A program made the translations under genes and the position numbers. Below are positions 47,082 to 56,288 of a stretch of 64,000 nucleotides of DNA, in pieces (the first letter of the stretch is position 1; the number at the start of each line of letters is the position of its first letter). The stretch is taken from assembly GCA_012813795.1 (NCBI GenBank), contig GCA_012813795.1_4087.1; one strand, 5' to 3'. Under the pieces are notes generated by a model that saw only the letters and a list, made by a program, of their open reading frames with translations, ran no database searches and was not told the origin of the DNA. The DNA is from a phage.

Positions 47082-47434
47082 TATTTCATCCTCTCACCTA
47101 AACGTTTGTGTAGTTTACATAATTTGTCAAAAATGGTCAACGACATACATACAGTAAATCCAATACAGGCTAGTGTTAGACACATTAAATCTGCCACCAT
47201 ACCAGCTACAAGCAATGCACGAGCTTCAAGTAATAACCCAAATAGCATTGCAAAATAACCGAAATAGTATGCAACTGAAAAGAGTGTTATAGCATTACCA
47301 ATATAGTACACAATATTATCATACCAAGTACTGAATGGTTTCATGTGAAAGAATTTCATCACAAGTAGTACAGACAACATAAAGAATACCAGTGTACATA
47401 ACATGAATATAACTTGCCCAGCAGGAGAAAACAT
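47081..47434 (-). CDS. small multi-pass membrane protein (cluster member 7)
   Basis: 117 aa, hydrophobic. Confidence 0.55.
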   Translation of the reverse strand: MFSPAGQVIFMLCTLVFFMLSVLLVMKFFHMKPFSTWYDNIVYYIGNAITLFSVAYYFGYFAMLFGLLLEARALLVAGMVADLMCLTLACIGFTVCMSLTIFDKLCKLHKRLGERMK

Positions 47435-47436
47435 AA

Positions 47437-47820
47437 TTAACCTCGTTTCTTACGTTTAATGTTATTGTGAATTTCATAAAAGAAAGGAACAATAGCAGTA
47501 CAGATTAAATTATACATAAGAATAATCATGAACAATAACCCGAATATTGAAGAAAACACTAATCCAATAATGCACAGTACTGGTTCACCAATTGAAGTGA
47601 TTCCAATCCCGAATACGTATACAATCCATGTGAAGATAGTGGTTACTAAGCAAATGATATATCCAACATGGAAGAAGCACTTAGATTCGTAGTCGGATTC
47701 AATATCCTCATACACATCTTCGACGAACTTTACACAAAAGAACTTTCCAATGTATATTAATGCACCTATTGTTAGACATGCACTTAGGATATTAAGAATA
47801 ACATATATTGTTGTGTACAT
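47437..47820 (-). CDS. small multi-pass membrane protein (cluster member 6)
   Basis: 127 aa, hydrophobic, basic C-terminus. Confidence 0.55.
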   Translation of the reverse strand: MYTTIYVILNILSACLTIGALIYIGKFFCVKFVEDVYEDIESDYESKCFFHVGYIICLVTTIFTWIVYVFGIGITSIGEPVLCIIGLVFSSIFGLLFMIILMYNLICTAIVPFFYEIHNNIKRKKRG

Positions 47821-48140
47821 TATACCCTCTTATCTTTTTGTTTACGATGGAAATTTGATACCAAAGAACATAACTTTCCAATATAACTACAGAATGCTGC
47901 GAATACACACAGTCCTGCAAATAATGTACACAATGACATATTCAAATCATTATCAGGTGGATTGAATATAAGCAGTACTACCCATAATGTACTAAGCAAT
48001 GTAAAAGCTACATTACCAGCAGCAGCATTTTTACACTGCTTTGCATAGAAGTCAAATGGTTTTAGTGCAAAGAGAAAACCAATCCAGCAAACCCAAAAGT
48101 AGAATGCACTTACTGTGAAAAGAATCAATTCAATCTTCAT
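47820..48140 (-). CDS. small multi-pass membrane protein (cluster member 5)
   Basis: 106 aa, hydrophobic. Confidence 0.55.
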   Translation of the reverse strand: MKIELILFTVSAFYFWVCWIGFLFALKPFDFYAKQCKNAAAGNVAFTLLSTLWVVLLIFNPPDNDLNMSLCTLFAGLCVFAAFCSYIGKLCSLVSNFHRKQKDKRV

Positions 48141-48141
48141 A

Positions 48142-48477
48142 TTATTTCCTGTGATCTGGGATAGAGTTTCGTAGTTTAACTACAAATGGATACAAAAGCA
48201 CACCAATGTAAACAATAGTCGATATCCAGTAAAAACCCAAGGAAATGATTTCACCATTAGAACGTTTACCAGTACTGATAATTCCGTAATGGATGAATGG
48301 CATCACAGTCGATGACCAAAACCAGCAGTGAAGTTTAACACTCATCAGATGATTATCGATGAATTCACCGATTGGACGTTTAAAGAACCACATCAAGAAA
48401 TAAAACCCAGCGGAAATGATGTAGTAAATTGTACTTACTTTCAAGTACCACGGTAGTAAACTGATAAAGTACTCCAT
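48142..48477 (-). CDS. small multi-pass membrane protein (cluster member 4)
   Basis: Trimmed to Met MEYFISLLPWYLK at 48477 so that it abuts the upstream gene (TAATG overlap). Confidence 0.5.
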   Translation of the reverse strand: MEYFISLLPWYLKVSTIYYIISAGFYFLMWFFKRPIGEFIDNHLMSVKLHCWFWSSTVMPFIHYGIISTGKRSNGEIISLGFYWISTIVYIGVLLYPFVVKLRNSIPDHRK

Positions 48478-48830
48478 TATGCCTCCGGTATTTTGTTGCG
48501 TGCAAATAACATTTTTTTCCACACAATATTCGATAGAATTACAATTAGTGTTGGAATACATATCATAACAAAGGTACATAGCATAAAGTTAAGATTATCA
48601 CCGTGACCTAATCCTATGACTGTAAGAACTGCACCCATAGTATACGTGATTGAGGTTGCAATTACAACACTTTCATAGTACTCTGAATTATTAATCTTGT
48701 AGTAAATTGGACGTTTGAAATACCATCCAATGAAGTTTAGAACCATCAAAAACGGATATAAGATAATGAGTACATAGTTCAGTGTACTAGCAATATCACT
48801 GGTTGTCAACCATTTAATAACCTCTTGCAT
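48477..48830 (-). CDS. small multi-pass membrane protein (cluster member 3)
   Basis: 117 aa, hydrophobic. Confidence 0.55.
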   Translation of the reverse strand: MQEVIKWLTTSDIASTLNYVLIILYPFLMVLNFIGWYFKRPIYYKINNSEYYESVVIATSITYTMGAVLTVIGLGHGDNLNFMLCTFVMICIPTLIVILSNIVWKKMLFARNKIPEA

Positions 48831-49192
48831 TAGTAATCTCCACGAATTTTATCTCGACCTACAATGAGTAGACGGATTAAGTATATTGCAATCCAAATAA
48901 TTAGACCCAAGAACACAACGTATTGTGTGATTGATTCTAAGTGTGTATTTGTACAATATATAACATGTGTCAGAATTCCAAATAGAATAAATCCACCTTG
49001 AATGATACTATACATAACAAAAGCACTGTTATCATATGAGTATAGTTCAAATACTACTTTCTTTTTAAAATACCAAAGTACTACAACTAGTAAATGATAA
49101 AATAAAAAACCAATCATGTAAATCAAAGTAATACTAAGCATCGTATCAGATGAAAAAAAATCAACCATATAAACCTCATCGTGTAAAGTCAA
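48830..49192 (-). CDS. small multi-pass membrane protein (cluster member 2)
   Basis: 120 aa, hydrophobic. Confidence 0.55.
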   Translation of the reverse strand: MTLHDEVYMVDFFSSDTMLSITLIYMIGFLFYHLLVVVLWYFKKKVVFELYSYDNSAFVMYSIIQGGFILFGILTHVIYCTNTHLESITQYVVFLGLIIWIAIYLIRLLIVGRDKIRGDY

Positions 49193-49397
49193 TGAATGTT
49201 GATAGTAGTACCATGTATACAGACACTACAGTAATTAAAACAATAATTTTTAAACCCAGTGGTGCTTCTTGAGGATTATACTCCTTTTCAGTATCAATAT
49301 CAAGTGTATGAAACCATCTATAAACTTTAACTAAAACGACAATCATGTTAATACATGAATATAATAACATGACCTTATCGATGTTATGTGTTATCAA
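49176..49397 (-). CDS. small membrane protein (cluster member 1)
   Basis: 73 aa, hydrophobic. Confidence 0.5.
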   Translation of the reverse strand: MITHNIDKVMLLYSCINMIVVLVKVYRWFHTLDIDTEKEYNPQEAPLGLKIIVLITVVSVYMVLLSTFIDFTR

Positions 49398-50168
49398 TTA
49401 ATTTTTCTCCAGGAACAAGTTTTCACATTGCTCTTCCCAATCGTATGGGTTGTTGTTGTATACTGCTGAAATCAACAGTGGCATACGCAGTGAAGGTGAA
49501 CGAAGTGAATCTTCGTGCTTCAACATCCAGTTCAGGATTGCTTTACTACCATTACTGTTAATACCCTTAGATTCCAGAATGTTGGTCTGATTCATCACGT
49601 TCTCAATGTGAATCATGATATCGCTTTTGGTCTGGATCTGTAAGTCAACGTATACAGAGCGAGACATAAGAGCAGCATAGTGAGCAGACATTTTAGTTTT
49701 AGCTTTAGCATTCAGTGCTAAATCTTTGTTAGTAATGAATACGATGCGACCATTAAAATCAAAGCTGTTAGGGATACCGTTGCTGCTCAGATACTTCGAG
49801 CTAGTCATATAAGAAACAGTACGCTTGCCACTATCCAGTACTGCTTTGAGCAGGTTCATACCGTCTTCTGAATCAAAGATGCTGTCCATATCATCCAGTA
49901 CTAACACGTTGGTGCTATGACGATTCTTGTACAGAACTTCGTACAGAGCCAGAGTTGTCATTTTACCACTGATGGTAGCTACATTCCATTCTGCTGCGTC
50001 ATGAGCTTTCTGGAGGCGTTTAGACAGGGTGTAAGTCTTGCCAACACCAGGAGCACCACTGACAACCATACTTTTTACAGTACTGCTATCGTCGAGCAAA
50101 CACTCAAGAGCAACCATCATGGAGTTGAAGTTTTTCTGGATTTGAATGCTACGGGCTTCTCTGGTCAT
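49398..50168 (-). CDS. P-loop NTPase (AAA-like ATPase)
   Basis: Walker A GAPGVGKT and Walker B-like VLVLDDMD; 256 aa. Confidence 0.7.
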   Translation of the reverse strand: MTREARSIQIQKNFNSMMVALECLLDDSSTVKSMVVSGAPGVGKTYTLSKRLQKAHDAAEWNVATISGKMTTLALYEVLYKNRHSTNVLVLDDMDSIFDSEDGMNLLKAVLDSGKRTVSYMTSSKYLSSNGIPNSFDFNGRIVFITNKDLALNAKAKTKMSAHYAALMSRSVYVDLQIQTKSDIMIHIENVMNQTNILESKGINSNGSKAILNWMLKHEDSLRSPSLRMPLLISAVYNNNPYDWEEQCENLFLEKN

Positions 50169-50189
50169 TTCGTTATCCTCATCAGTTGA

Positions 50190-50229
50190 TGAAATAATTA
50201 TAACAAAAAGGGCCGACCGAAGTCAACCC
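50190..50229 (-). terminator. fused terminator-promoter module (minus RNA hairpin GGGUUGAC-UUCG-GUCGGCCC, U-run, then -10 TATAAT)
   Basis: Hairpin 50210-50229 just 3' of gene 50236..52155; TTGACT in the 5' arm sits 17 nt before gTTATAAT, upstream of ATG 50168. Confidence 0.6.
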
Positions 50230-50235
50230 TTTTGT

Positions 50236-52155
50236 TTAGTTTTGTTTCACCCCACCCCATTTTTCATAGATGGCAATAATTTTATCTATGTTGTTTGGTG
50301 TAGTTGTTTCAGTATACCCGTCTGGCATTTCTTGTTTAGTTAAAACACCTTTACCAAATCGTTTCTTACATTCTTTTTCAGCCTGTTTACAATCACCATC
50401 AGTATTAAAGAAGAATGTATGTGATGATACAACTTCAAATTTACAGCTTTTATTTTGGCTTTTATGTCGAGTACCTTTATTTTTTTCTATACCATATTTT
50501 ATTGCAATAGGGATGTCACCATCTTTAATTATATTAATATAAGCATATTGTTGGGTATATCCAACTTCATGTGAGTGTCCACTTTTACGGTCAACATGTG
50601 CATACGGTGTTGTAAAAAATTCACCATATTCGGGATGAATTATACACACATTAGTTGCTGTGTTAATATATTCTACTTTAGAATAATCATACAAATCACC
50701 ATGTACTTCTTTGGCTTTTTTAATGAAATCTTCTTTATTTTTAAATCGTAATCTACAGAATGGGTGTTGTCCCCCTTTTAAGTGGTGGTAAGGGGATGTG
50801 TGATATTCTCCATATTCTGGGTGGATAATACATACATGGTCATCAATACCAATATATTCTACTTTCGAATAATCATACAAATCACCATGTACTTCTTTGG
50901 CTTTTTTAATGAAATCTTCAGTGCACATTCGGGCTAAATCACTCCTTGATTTTACCCCACGAATTGGACAACCTTGCCCTGATAAATGAGATGATGGTGT
51001 TTGCCAAAATTCACCATACATAGGATCGATGATACATATTTTAGTATTACTGTTAATATATTCTACTTTCGAATAATCATACAAATCACCATGTACTTCT
51101 TTGGCTTTTTTAATGAAATCCAAAGTCGTTCCAGTCCTTTTGTTTTTTAATAATACTTTCGCACGTTTTGGATTATTGGCACCGTTTAAATGATTATTTG
51201 GTGTTTGCCAAAATTCACCATACATAGGATCGATGATACATATTTTAGTATTATTGTTAATATATTCTACTTTAGAATAATCATACAAATCACCATGTAC
51301 TTCTTTGGCTTTTTTAATGAAATCTTTTAATGTTAATTTTACATTTTTAGTTACAATATGCAAATTACATCCAGTTCTAGATAATAAATGATTAACAGGT
51401 GTAATTTCAAATTCACCATATTCATTATGAATCAATGTTACTTTTGTTCGGTAATCAACATAATTTATTTTTGAATAATCATATGTGTTTTTGAATTTCT
51501 CTTTAGATCTTTGTATAAATTCTTCTCTAGAAAGTTTTTGTTTTTCAGTTGTCTTTATTCTACCAGCTTTTGGATGTCCTTGTCCCTTCACATGACATTC
51601 TGGTGTTTGCTTAAATTCGCCAAATTCTGGATGAATTATTAAGACTTTAGTTTTGTAATCAACATAATTTATTTTTGAATAATCATATATGTTTCCATGT
51701 GTTTTTAATGCACGTTCTAAAAACATTTCCTTTGAAATTTTATTTTTTATATTTTTTTCTTTTAATTTATCCAAACCATGTTTTGGATGACCTACTCCGT
51801 TAAAATGATCTCCAACCAAAATCCAATGTTCACCATATACAGGATGAATGATACAAACTTTATTTTTGGAATTTACATAGTTTACTTTTGAATAATCATA
51901 CAAATCACCATGTACTTCACTAAATTTTTTCAATACACTTTCTTGTGTTAATTTTTTATTCTTCTTTCTGGATGGATTGTTTGAACCGTTCAAATGGTTA
52001 CCTGGAAGCATCCAAAATTCTTCATTACGTTCAATATCAATTATGCATATTTTTTGGGCGTGGTTTGTATATTCAACTTTAGAATAATCATACATGTCTC
52101 CATGTATTTTTTTAAATTCTGTAATAATACTTTCGGTTGACCACTTTTTACGCAT
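50236..52155 (-). CDS. repeat protein: eight tandem ~60-aa modules (HGDLYDYSKVEY...C.IIHPEYGEF...P..HL.G)
   Basis: 639 aa; modules 5-8 nearly identical even at nucleotide level; function not recognised with confidence. Confidence 0.65.
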   Translation of the reverse strand: MRKKWSTESIITEFKKIHGDMYDYSKVEYTNHAQKICIIDIERNEEFWMLPGNHLNGSNNPSRKKNKKLTQESVLKKFSEVHGDLYDYSKVNYVNSKNKVCIIHPVYGEHWILVGDHFNGVGHPKHGLDKLKEKNIKNKISKEMFLERALKTHGNIYDYSKINYVDYKTKVLIIHPEFGEFKQTPECHVKGQGHPKAGRIKTTEKQKLSREEFIQRSKEKFKNTYDYSKINYVDYRTKVTLIHNEYGEFEITPVNHLLSRTGCNLHIVTKNVKLTLKDFIKKAKEVHGDLYDYSKVEYINNNTKICIIDPMYGEFWQTPNNHLNGANNPKRAKVLLKNKRTGTTLDFIKKAKEVHGDLYDYSKVEYINSNTKICIIDPMYGEFWQTPSSHLSGQGCPIRGVKSRSDLARMCTEDFIKKAKEVHGDLYDYSKVEYIGIDDHVCIIHPEYGEYHTSPYHHLKGGQHPFCRLRFKNKEDFIKKAKEVHGDLYDYSKVEYINTATNVCIIHPEYGEFFTTPYAHVDRKSGHSHEVGYTQQYAYINIIKDGDIPIAIKYGIEKNKGTRHKSQNKSCKFEVVSSHTFFFNTDGDCKQAEKECKKRFGKGVLTKQEMPDGYTETTTPNNIDKIIAIYEKWGGVKQN

Positions 52156-52384
52156 TACTTAAAACTCCTTTCCAGTACTGAACCCGTCCAGCACCATTAA
52201 TCTTAGCCTGAATCTTATCTTTTTCGACAAGACCTTCTTTGTAATCTATGGACGTATTATCGCACTGAATTACATCTAAGTCAAGTACTTCTTGTGTACT
52301 TAATGAAGTATTGTCTGCAATTTGTTGTAAAGTAATTATATCAGTACCGAAGAATTCTGCTAAACGTATAAAAGATAGTTTCAT
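52148..52384 (-). CDS. hypothetical small protein
   Basis: 78-aa ORF behind a terminator-promoter module. Confidence 0.5.
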   Translation of the reverse strand: MKLSFIRLAEFFGTDIITLQQIADNTSLSTQEVLDLDVIQCDNTSIDYKEGLVEKDKIQAKINGAGRVQYWKGVLSNA

Positions 52385-52404
52385 GTATTACCTCTTGAGT
52401 TGAT

Positions 52405-52444
52405 GAAATGATTATAGCAAAAAGGGCTGACCGAAGTCAACCCC
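52405..52444 (-). terminator. fused terminator-promoter module (UUCG-tetraloop hairpin, U-run, TGcTATAAT)
   Basis: gggctgaccgaagtcaacccc at 52424-52444; extended -10 at 52411-52418 on the minus strand. Confidence 0.6.
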
Positions 52445-52449
52445 TTATA

Positions 52450-52677
52450 TCATTTATTGTTGTATTCATACCAACACAGTTTAATATTATATACCAAATC
52501 CTCATAATCACTACATTGCACTATCCATGAATATTTTTCGTCAAATGTATATTTGGGTGAATTAATCATCCATCTTATAGATGCTTTTGTTTTATCAGGA
52601 TTAAATTTATACGTTTCGCGTGACTTGTATGAATCAAGCTTCGCAATCGCATATTTTTTGAATTCTTCATCATTCAT
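52450..52677 (-). CDS. hypothetical small protein
   Basis: 75-aa ORF; start overlaps the denV stop. Confidence 0.5.
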   Translation of the reverse strand: MNDEEFKKYAIAKLDSYKSRETYKFNPDKTKASIRWMINSPKYTFDEKYSWIVQCSDYEDLVYNIKLCWYEYNNK

Positions 52678-53111
52678 TGTATCATATCAACATAATATAT
52701 AGGTAGCTCAACATCAGTAAACTTATACCACTTAGACTTCATCTGAAGCTTCTCAATCAAACGCTCGCGTGATGTTTTAATCTCGGACTCCGATGGTACG
52801 TAGTCATTACAAAACTCAGCAGGGAAGCCGCTAATGTCGTTTACTTCAGTGTTTTGAATCTTCATACCACGACGCAAACATTCGTTAACAATATCAATAT
52901 GACGCTTCTGTAAGTACAGTAACTTGTCGTAGAAGAATGTTACATGACCTGAACCTAACAGATAAGTACTGTTAATTTTGAAATCACGTACACGCTTACG
53001 TGCTTGAACATGTTTTTGTACAGCACCAAATACACGTGGGAGTTCACGGTATTCAGCCATCAGGTGTTGGTCGGCAAGTTCGTTAACGTGTACTAAGTTA
53101 ATGCGTGTCAT
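52674..53111 (-). CDS. denV: endonuclease V (pyrimidine-dimer DNA glycosylase / AP lyase), T4 DenV homologue
   Basis: N-terminus [30 protein letters not shown]...KRVRDFKI.....[12 protein letters not shown] matches T4 endonuclease V from memory, including the catalytic N-terminal Thr and the AEYRE Glu. Confidence 0.9.
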   Translation of the reverse strand: MTRINLVHVNELADQHLMAEYRELPRVFGAVQKHVQARKRVRDFKINSTYLLGSGHVTFFYDKLLYLQKRHIDIVNECLRRGMKIQNTEVNDISGFPAEFCNDYVPSESEIKTSRERLIEKLQMKSKWYKFTDVELPIYYVDMIQ

Positions 53112-53134
53112 GTATTCATCCTCTCGTTTCGATG

Positions 53135-53171
53135 AAATGATTATAGCAAAAAGGGCTGACCGAAGTCAACC
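53135..53171 (-). terminator. fused terminator-promoter module upstream of denV
   Basis: gggctgaccgaagtcaaccc hairpin at 53153-53171 with attatagc -10 at 53140-53147. Confidence 0.6.
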
Positions 53172-53185
53172 CAAATTTAACGAAT

Positions 53186-53752
53186 TTATTTAATGTGATT
53201 TGCAACATCTTTTGCAAGCTGAATTGATACATCATCCCAGGCTTTTTCCAAGATATATGTCAATGAATTTGCACCAATAGTTGGATCTTTTAGATAAGAT
53301 GTGTATGTATTCTCCCATACTTGTTCTTTATATGTAATACGCACTTTTAATGTTGCACCACCAACATCCATACCAGGAGTGATGTTAAAAATTCCAGCAC
53401 TGTATTCGAACTTACTTTTAGCATCAAGTACTTCAATAATAAGTGGTGTTCCATTTATGTTAAGTGTTGCGTATTGTGCAATTGCTTCTTCAACACGACT
53501 ACTGATTGCAACACCTGTTGGAATACGTGTACGCGATCCACCACCAACAAACCCAGAAGCACCTTGAATATCGATGCGACTAACAAATGTATTTGGTTCC
53601 CACACAATATTAACAGTTGGATTACCAACATCAACTGATTTCATTAATGTGACGTTTTTATAATCCAAACGATTATTAAATGGTAAATTTATAGTACATC
53701 CAGACAATATTGTAACAGTAGATAGTACTAAAATAATTAGTAGTTTTTTCAT
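53186..53752 (-). CDS. putative lipoprotein
   Basis: 188 aa; MKKLLIILVLSTVTILSGC signal peptide with lipobox. Confidence 0.6.
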   Translation of the reverse strand: MKKLLIILVLSTVTILSGCTINLPFNNRLDYKNVTLMKSVDVGNPTVNIVWEPNTFVSRIDIQGASGFVGGGSRTRIPTGVAISSRVEEAIAQYATLNINGTPLIIEVLDAKSKFEYSAGIFNITPGMDVGGATLKVRITYKEQVWENTYTSYLKDPTIGANSLTYILEKAWDDVSIQLAKDVANHIK

Positions 53753-53837
53753 TTCACATTATCCTCGTAAAATATATTAAATGGTAGTACATACTAATGT
53801 AACAAATGCAACGATTAAAACAATTTCCATAAACTTA

Positions 53838-54209
53838 TCAATCTCCATAATCAAGTTTAACTAACTTACCATTCAAATATCCAAAGTTTTCTGGCTTCGC
53901 ATCTGAATAGAAGAAGTCAGTACTTAACTCTGAATCCAATGCTAAAGCACACAACTCCACCCAAAATAAACCCCTATGTTGTACTGGCTTACAACGTTTC
54001 TGTACTGTTATTAAGCCAGTACGCGATGACCACAGAGTAGGACATATCCCACTGTCACTACGCTTGGAGTACTGCATCCATGAGCGTTCATTGAGGTTAG
54101 CTATCATTCCAGTTAGGAATAACTTCCAGCTTTTGAAGGTTGGAATCTTGATAGCATAATCCCCAATGAGGATAACTGTTCTTGTTGCACCTTTCAAATC
54201 TATATTCAT
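53838..54209 (-). CDS. hypothetical protein
   Basis: 123-aa ORF. Confidence 0.5.
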   Translation of the reverse strand: MNIDLKGATRTVILIGDYAIKIPTFKSWKLFLTGMIANLNERSWMQYSKRSDSGICPTLWSSRTGLITVQKRCKPVQHRGLFWVELCALALDSELSTDFFYSDAKPENFGYLNGKLVKLDYGD

Positions 54210-54219
54210 ATTTTTTTAA

Positions 54220-54471
54220 TTATAAGAACACAAACCAAGTCCAGAATAAATTCCACACTACAAATAAAGACATAGTGGTTTTATGTACAATATCAGCAGT
54301 ACTGGTCCATCCTCCACCGTGTCCTATTCCATTTATGAATAGAACTAAGAACAAGATACCATTTACTACAATAGTACATACTAAGTACACAAACACATTC
54401 CATGCAAGTTCAGGGGATACTAAAGTAAATGGTAAAACAATTAGTAGTATTAGAACTAATAATATTTTCAT
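54220..54471 (-). CDS. small membrane protein
   Basis: 83 aa with two or three hydrophobic segments. Confidence 0.5.
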   Translation of the reverse strand: MKILLVLILLIVLPFTLVSPELAWNVFVYLVCTIVVNGILFLVLFINGIGHGGGWTSTADIVHKTTMSLFVVWNLFWTWFVFL

Positions 54472-54510
54472 TTATCGCCTCACTTAATTAACGTGACATA
54501 TCACGTAATA

Positions 54511-54687
54511 TTAGTACGAATCAGATTCCCAGTACTCGATTGCTTCTTTCAGCAATTCGTTAGCACGTTGTTTTGCAACACGAGCGGGTAACTGATATGT
54601 GTACATTAACTGACGCTTTACTTCATTTAATGAACACTGTTCATGATATAGGGCATCCATCAGTCGATTGCGAGTACGTAGTTTCAT
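54511..54687 (-). CDS. hypothetical small protein (58 aa, below the ORF-track threshold)
   Basis: Hand-translated MKLRTRNRLMDALYHEQCSLNEVKRQLMYTYQLPARVAKQ...; preferred over overlapping plus ORF 54573..54776. Confidence 0.35.
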   Translation of the reverse strand: MKLRTRNRLMDALYHEQCSLNEVKRQLMYTYQLPARVAKQRANELLKEAIEYWESDSY

Positions 54688-54698
54688 ATAAGTTATCC

Positions 54699-55253
54699 TT
54701 ATTTCAAAGAATCATAGTAAGCAGTGTCAAAGATTGGAGTCATCATAACATAGTCAATACGGTCAATGTAAGTTGAACTCCACATTTCAGGTTTATCATA
54801 TAAATGACGTTCACGTTCATTTATAATAGTTAATACTTCTTCCAATTTACTACGTGAAGCCATCAAAGTATCACGGGAGCCATAAGTGAAGTACTCAGTC
54901 CATTGATATTCATATGCAGTATAGATGGATTGAATAGTTCCATCTTTGAAATGAGCTAAGGCATAACCTTTCTCTACAAAGTTATCAGGTGGAAGAACTT
55001 CATCTGGATTAGTTGTTAGTGCTTCTGCTAACTTTTCTTTAATTTCAGTTAACGTGCACACTGAACGAATGTTCTTCAGGTTTGATACTTGAAAATCACT
55101 GTACTTCCCAAAGAAAAAGACACGCCAATCTTTAGGTTCATTATCAGATACTGTAGCATTAGGATGATGGGCGAGTAAACGAAGAAGGCCAGCTTTGTGA
55201 CCGTTAATGTAGATTTCATGGATGTGGTTGGCAGTTTTCTTAAAAGTAATCAT
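54699..55253 (-). CDS. hypothetical protein
   Basis: 184-aa ORF with TTGACA...TATAAT promoter cassette at 55270-55330. Confidence 0.55.
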   Translation of the reverse strand: MITFKKTANHIHEIYINGHKAGLLRLLAHHPNATVSDNEPKDWRVFFFGKYSDFQVSNLKNIRSVCTLTEIKEKLAEALTTNPDEVLPPDNFVEKGYALAHFKDGTIQSIYTAYEYQWTEYFTYGSRDTLMASRSKLEEVLTIINERERHLYDKPEMWSSTYIDRIDYVMMTPIFDTAYYDSLK

Positions 55254-55338
55254 GGTAGTTCCTCGATTGTAGGGATGAGAAGTTCATCCCCTTGATAAAC
55301 ATTATACAGTACTAGTTGAGTTTGTCAAATACTTTTCA

Positions 55339-55692
55339 TCAACGCTCTGGTAATTTGTCTCGGAGTTTCTCAAGTTTCATAATCAAAGAGAAGAGTCCCC
55401 ACGCGAAAAACCAAACTACAGTCCCAAAAACAACAAAGAATGTTGATAGTGTGCACATCATTCCACCAGTACTTTGGATACCAGTTAGCAGTACTTCACC
55501 CACTGCCATAGTTAAGAATACAAATGCGAAGAAGTGAATTGGTGCATCATCCCAATAGCGTTTGTAGAATGTATTGTATCGGAAGAATAATAAAATATAC
55601 CCAAGCATATAGTACATCCATCCGATACCCGATAAAACAAACGATATCATGTTTAATTCATACATATAATCATTCATTATCAGGTTCATCAC
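55339..55692 (-). CDS. small multi-pass membrane protein
   Basis: 117 aa, hydrophobic. Confidence 0.5.
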   Translation of the reverse strand: MMNLIMNDYMYELNMISFVLSGIGWMYYMLGYILLFFRYNTFYKRYWDDAPIHFFAFVFLTMAVGEVLLTGIQSTGGMMCTLSTFFVVFGTVVWFFAWGLFSLIMKLEKLRDKLPER

Positions 55693-55930
55693 AGTTCATA
55701 AGAGCGTTACGGGCAATCCTTGCGGATTGTGCCAGGGACAATACACTCTCCAGTGTAGCAACACTGTAAGAGTTAGATCCAATGGTAATCAGAAGAGATT
55801 GTGAATTATCAACGTCAATATAACCAACTTCAACGCGTTGTGGAGGACCATCGTTCAGTACATAGTTAGTGTCATGTTCAACACGAGCAAGACGGATTTG
55901 TGTAAACATTTTCAATTCAGGGTTTTGCAT
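55670..55930 (-). CDS. hypothetical small protein
   Basis: 86-aa ORF. Confidence 0.5.
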   Translation of the reverse strand: MQNPELKMFTQIRLARVEHDTNYVLNDGPPQRVEVGYIDVDNSQSLLITIGSNSYSVATLESVLSLAQSARIARNALMNCDEPDNE

Positions 55931-55943
55931 TAGATATCTCCAG

Positions 55944-56219
55944 TTATAAAAGTTCTAAGAATAATTTATTACATGCATCTTTATGTTTCAAATAATATAG
56001 ATAATAAAGATTCGGTTCACCGTTCTTCGATGAAAGATCAAAGTAATTTAAATTTCGAACATGAACCATAAAGCAAATTAATTCTTTTGCACCAACCTCC
56101 CCATACTTCACGATAAGTTCATCTAAGTGGATGTAACTTTTAGAGTCTTTCAGTTCTTCAATATCACTTAAAATTTCTTCATAACGCATTGAGCCAACTA
56201 AACGTTCGTATGTGTTCAT
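55944..56219 (-). CDS. hypothetical small protein
   Basis: 91-aa ORF. Confidence 0.5.
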   Translation of the reverse strand: MNTYERLVGSMRYEEILSDIEELKDSKSYIHLDELIVKYGEVGAKELICFMVHVRNLNYFDLSSKNGEPNLYYLYYLKHKDACNKLFLELL

Positions 56220-56244
56220 AGAGTTTCTCCTTTTAGGTTATGAG

Positions 56245-56281
56245 AGTATTATAGCAAAAAAGGCTGACCGAAGTCAACCTC
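56245..56281 (-). terminator. fused terminator-promoter module
   Basis: aggctgaccgaagtcaacct hairpin at 56261-56280 plus TATAAT-like box. Confidence 0.55.
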
Positions 56282-56288
56282 TTTTTTA

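Noticed and set aside
54573-54776. Plus-strand ORF 54573..54776
   Set aside because: A minus-strand 58-aa ORF (54511..54687) fits the local gene orientation better.
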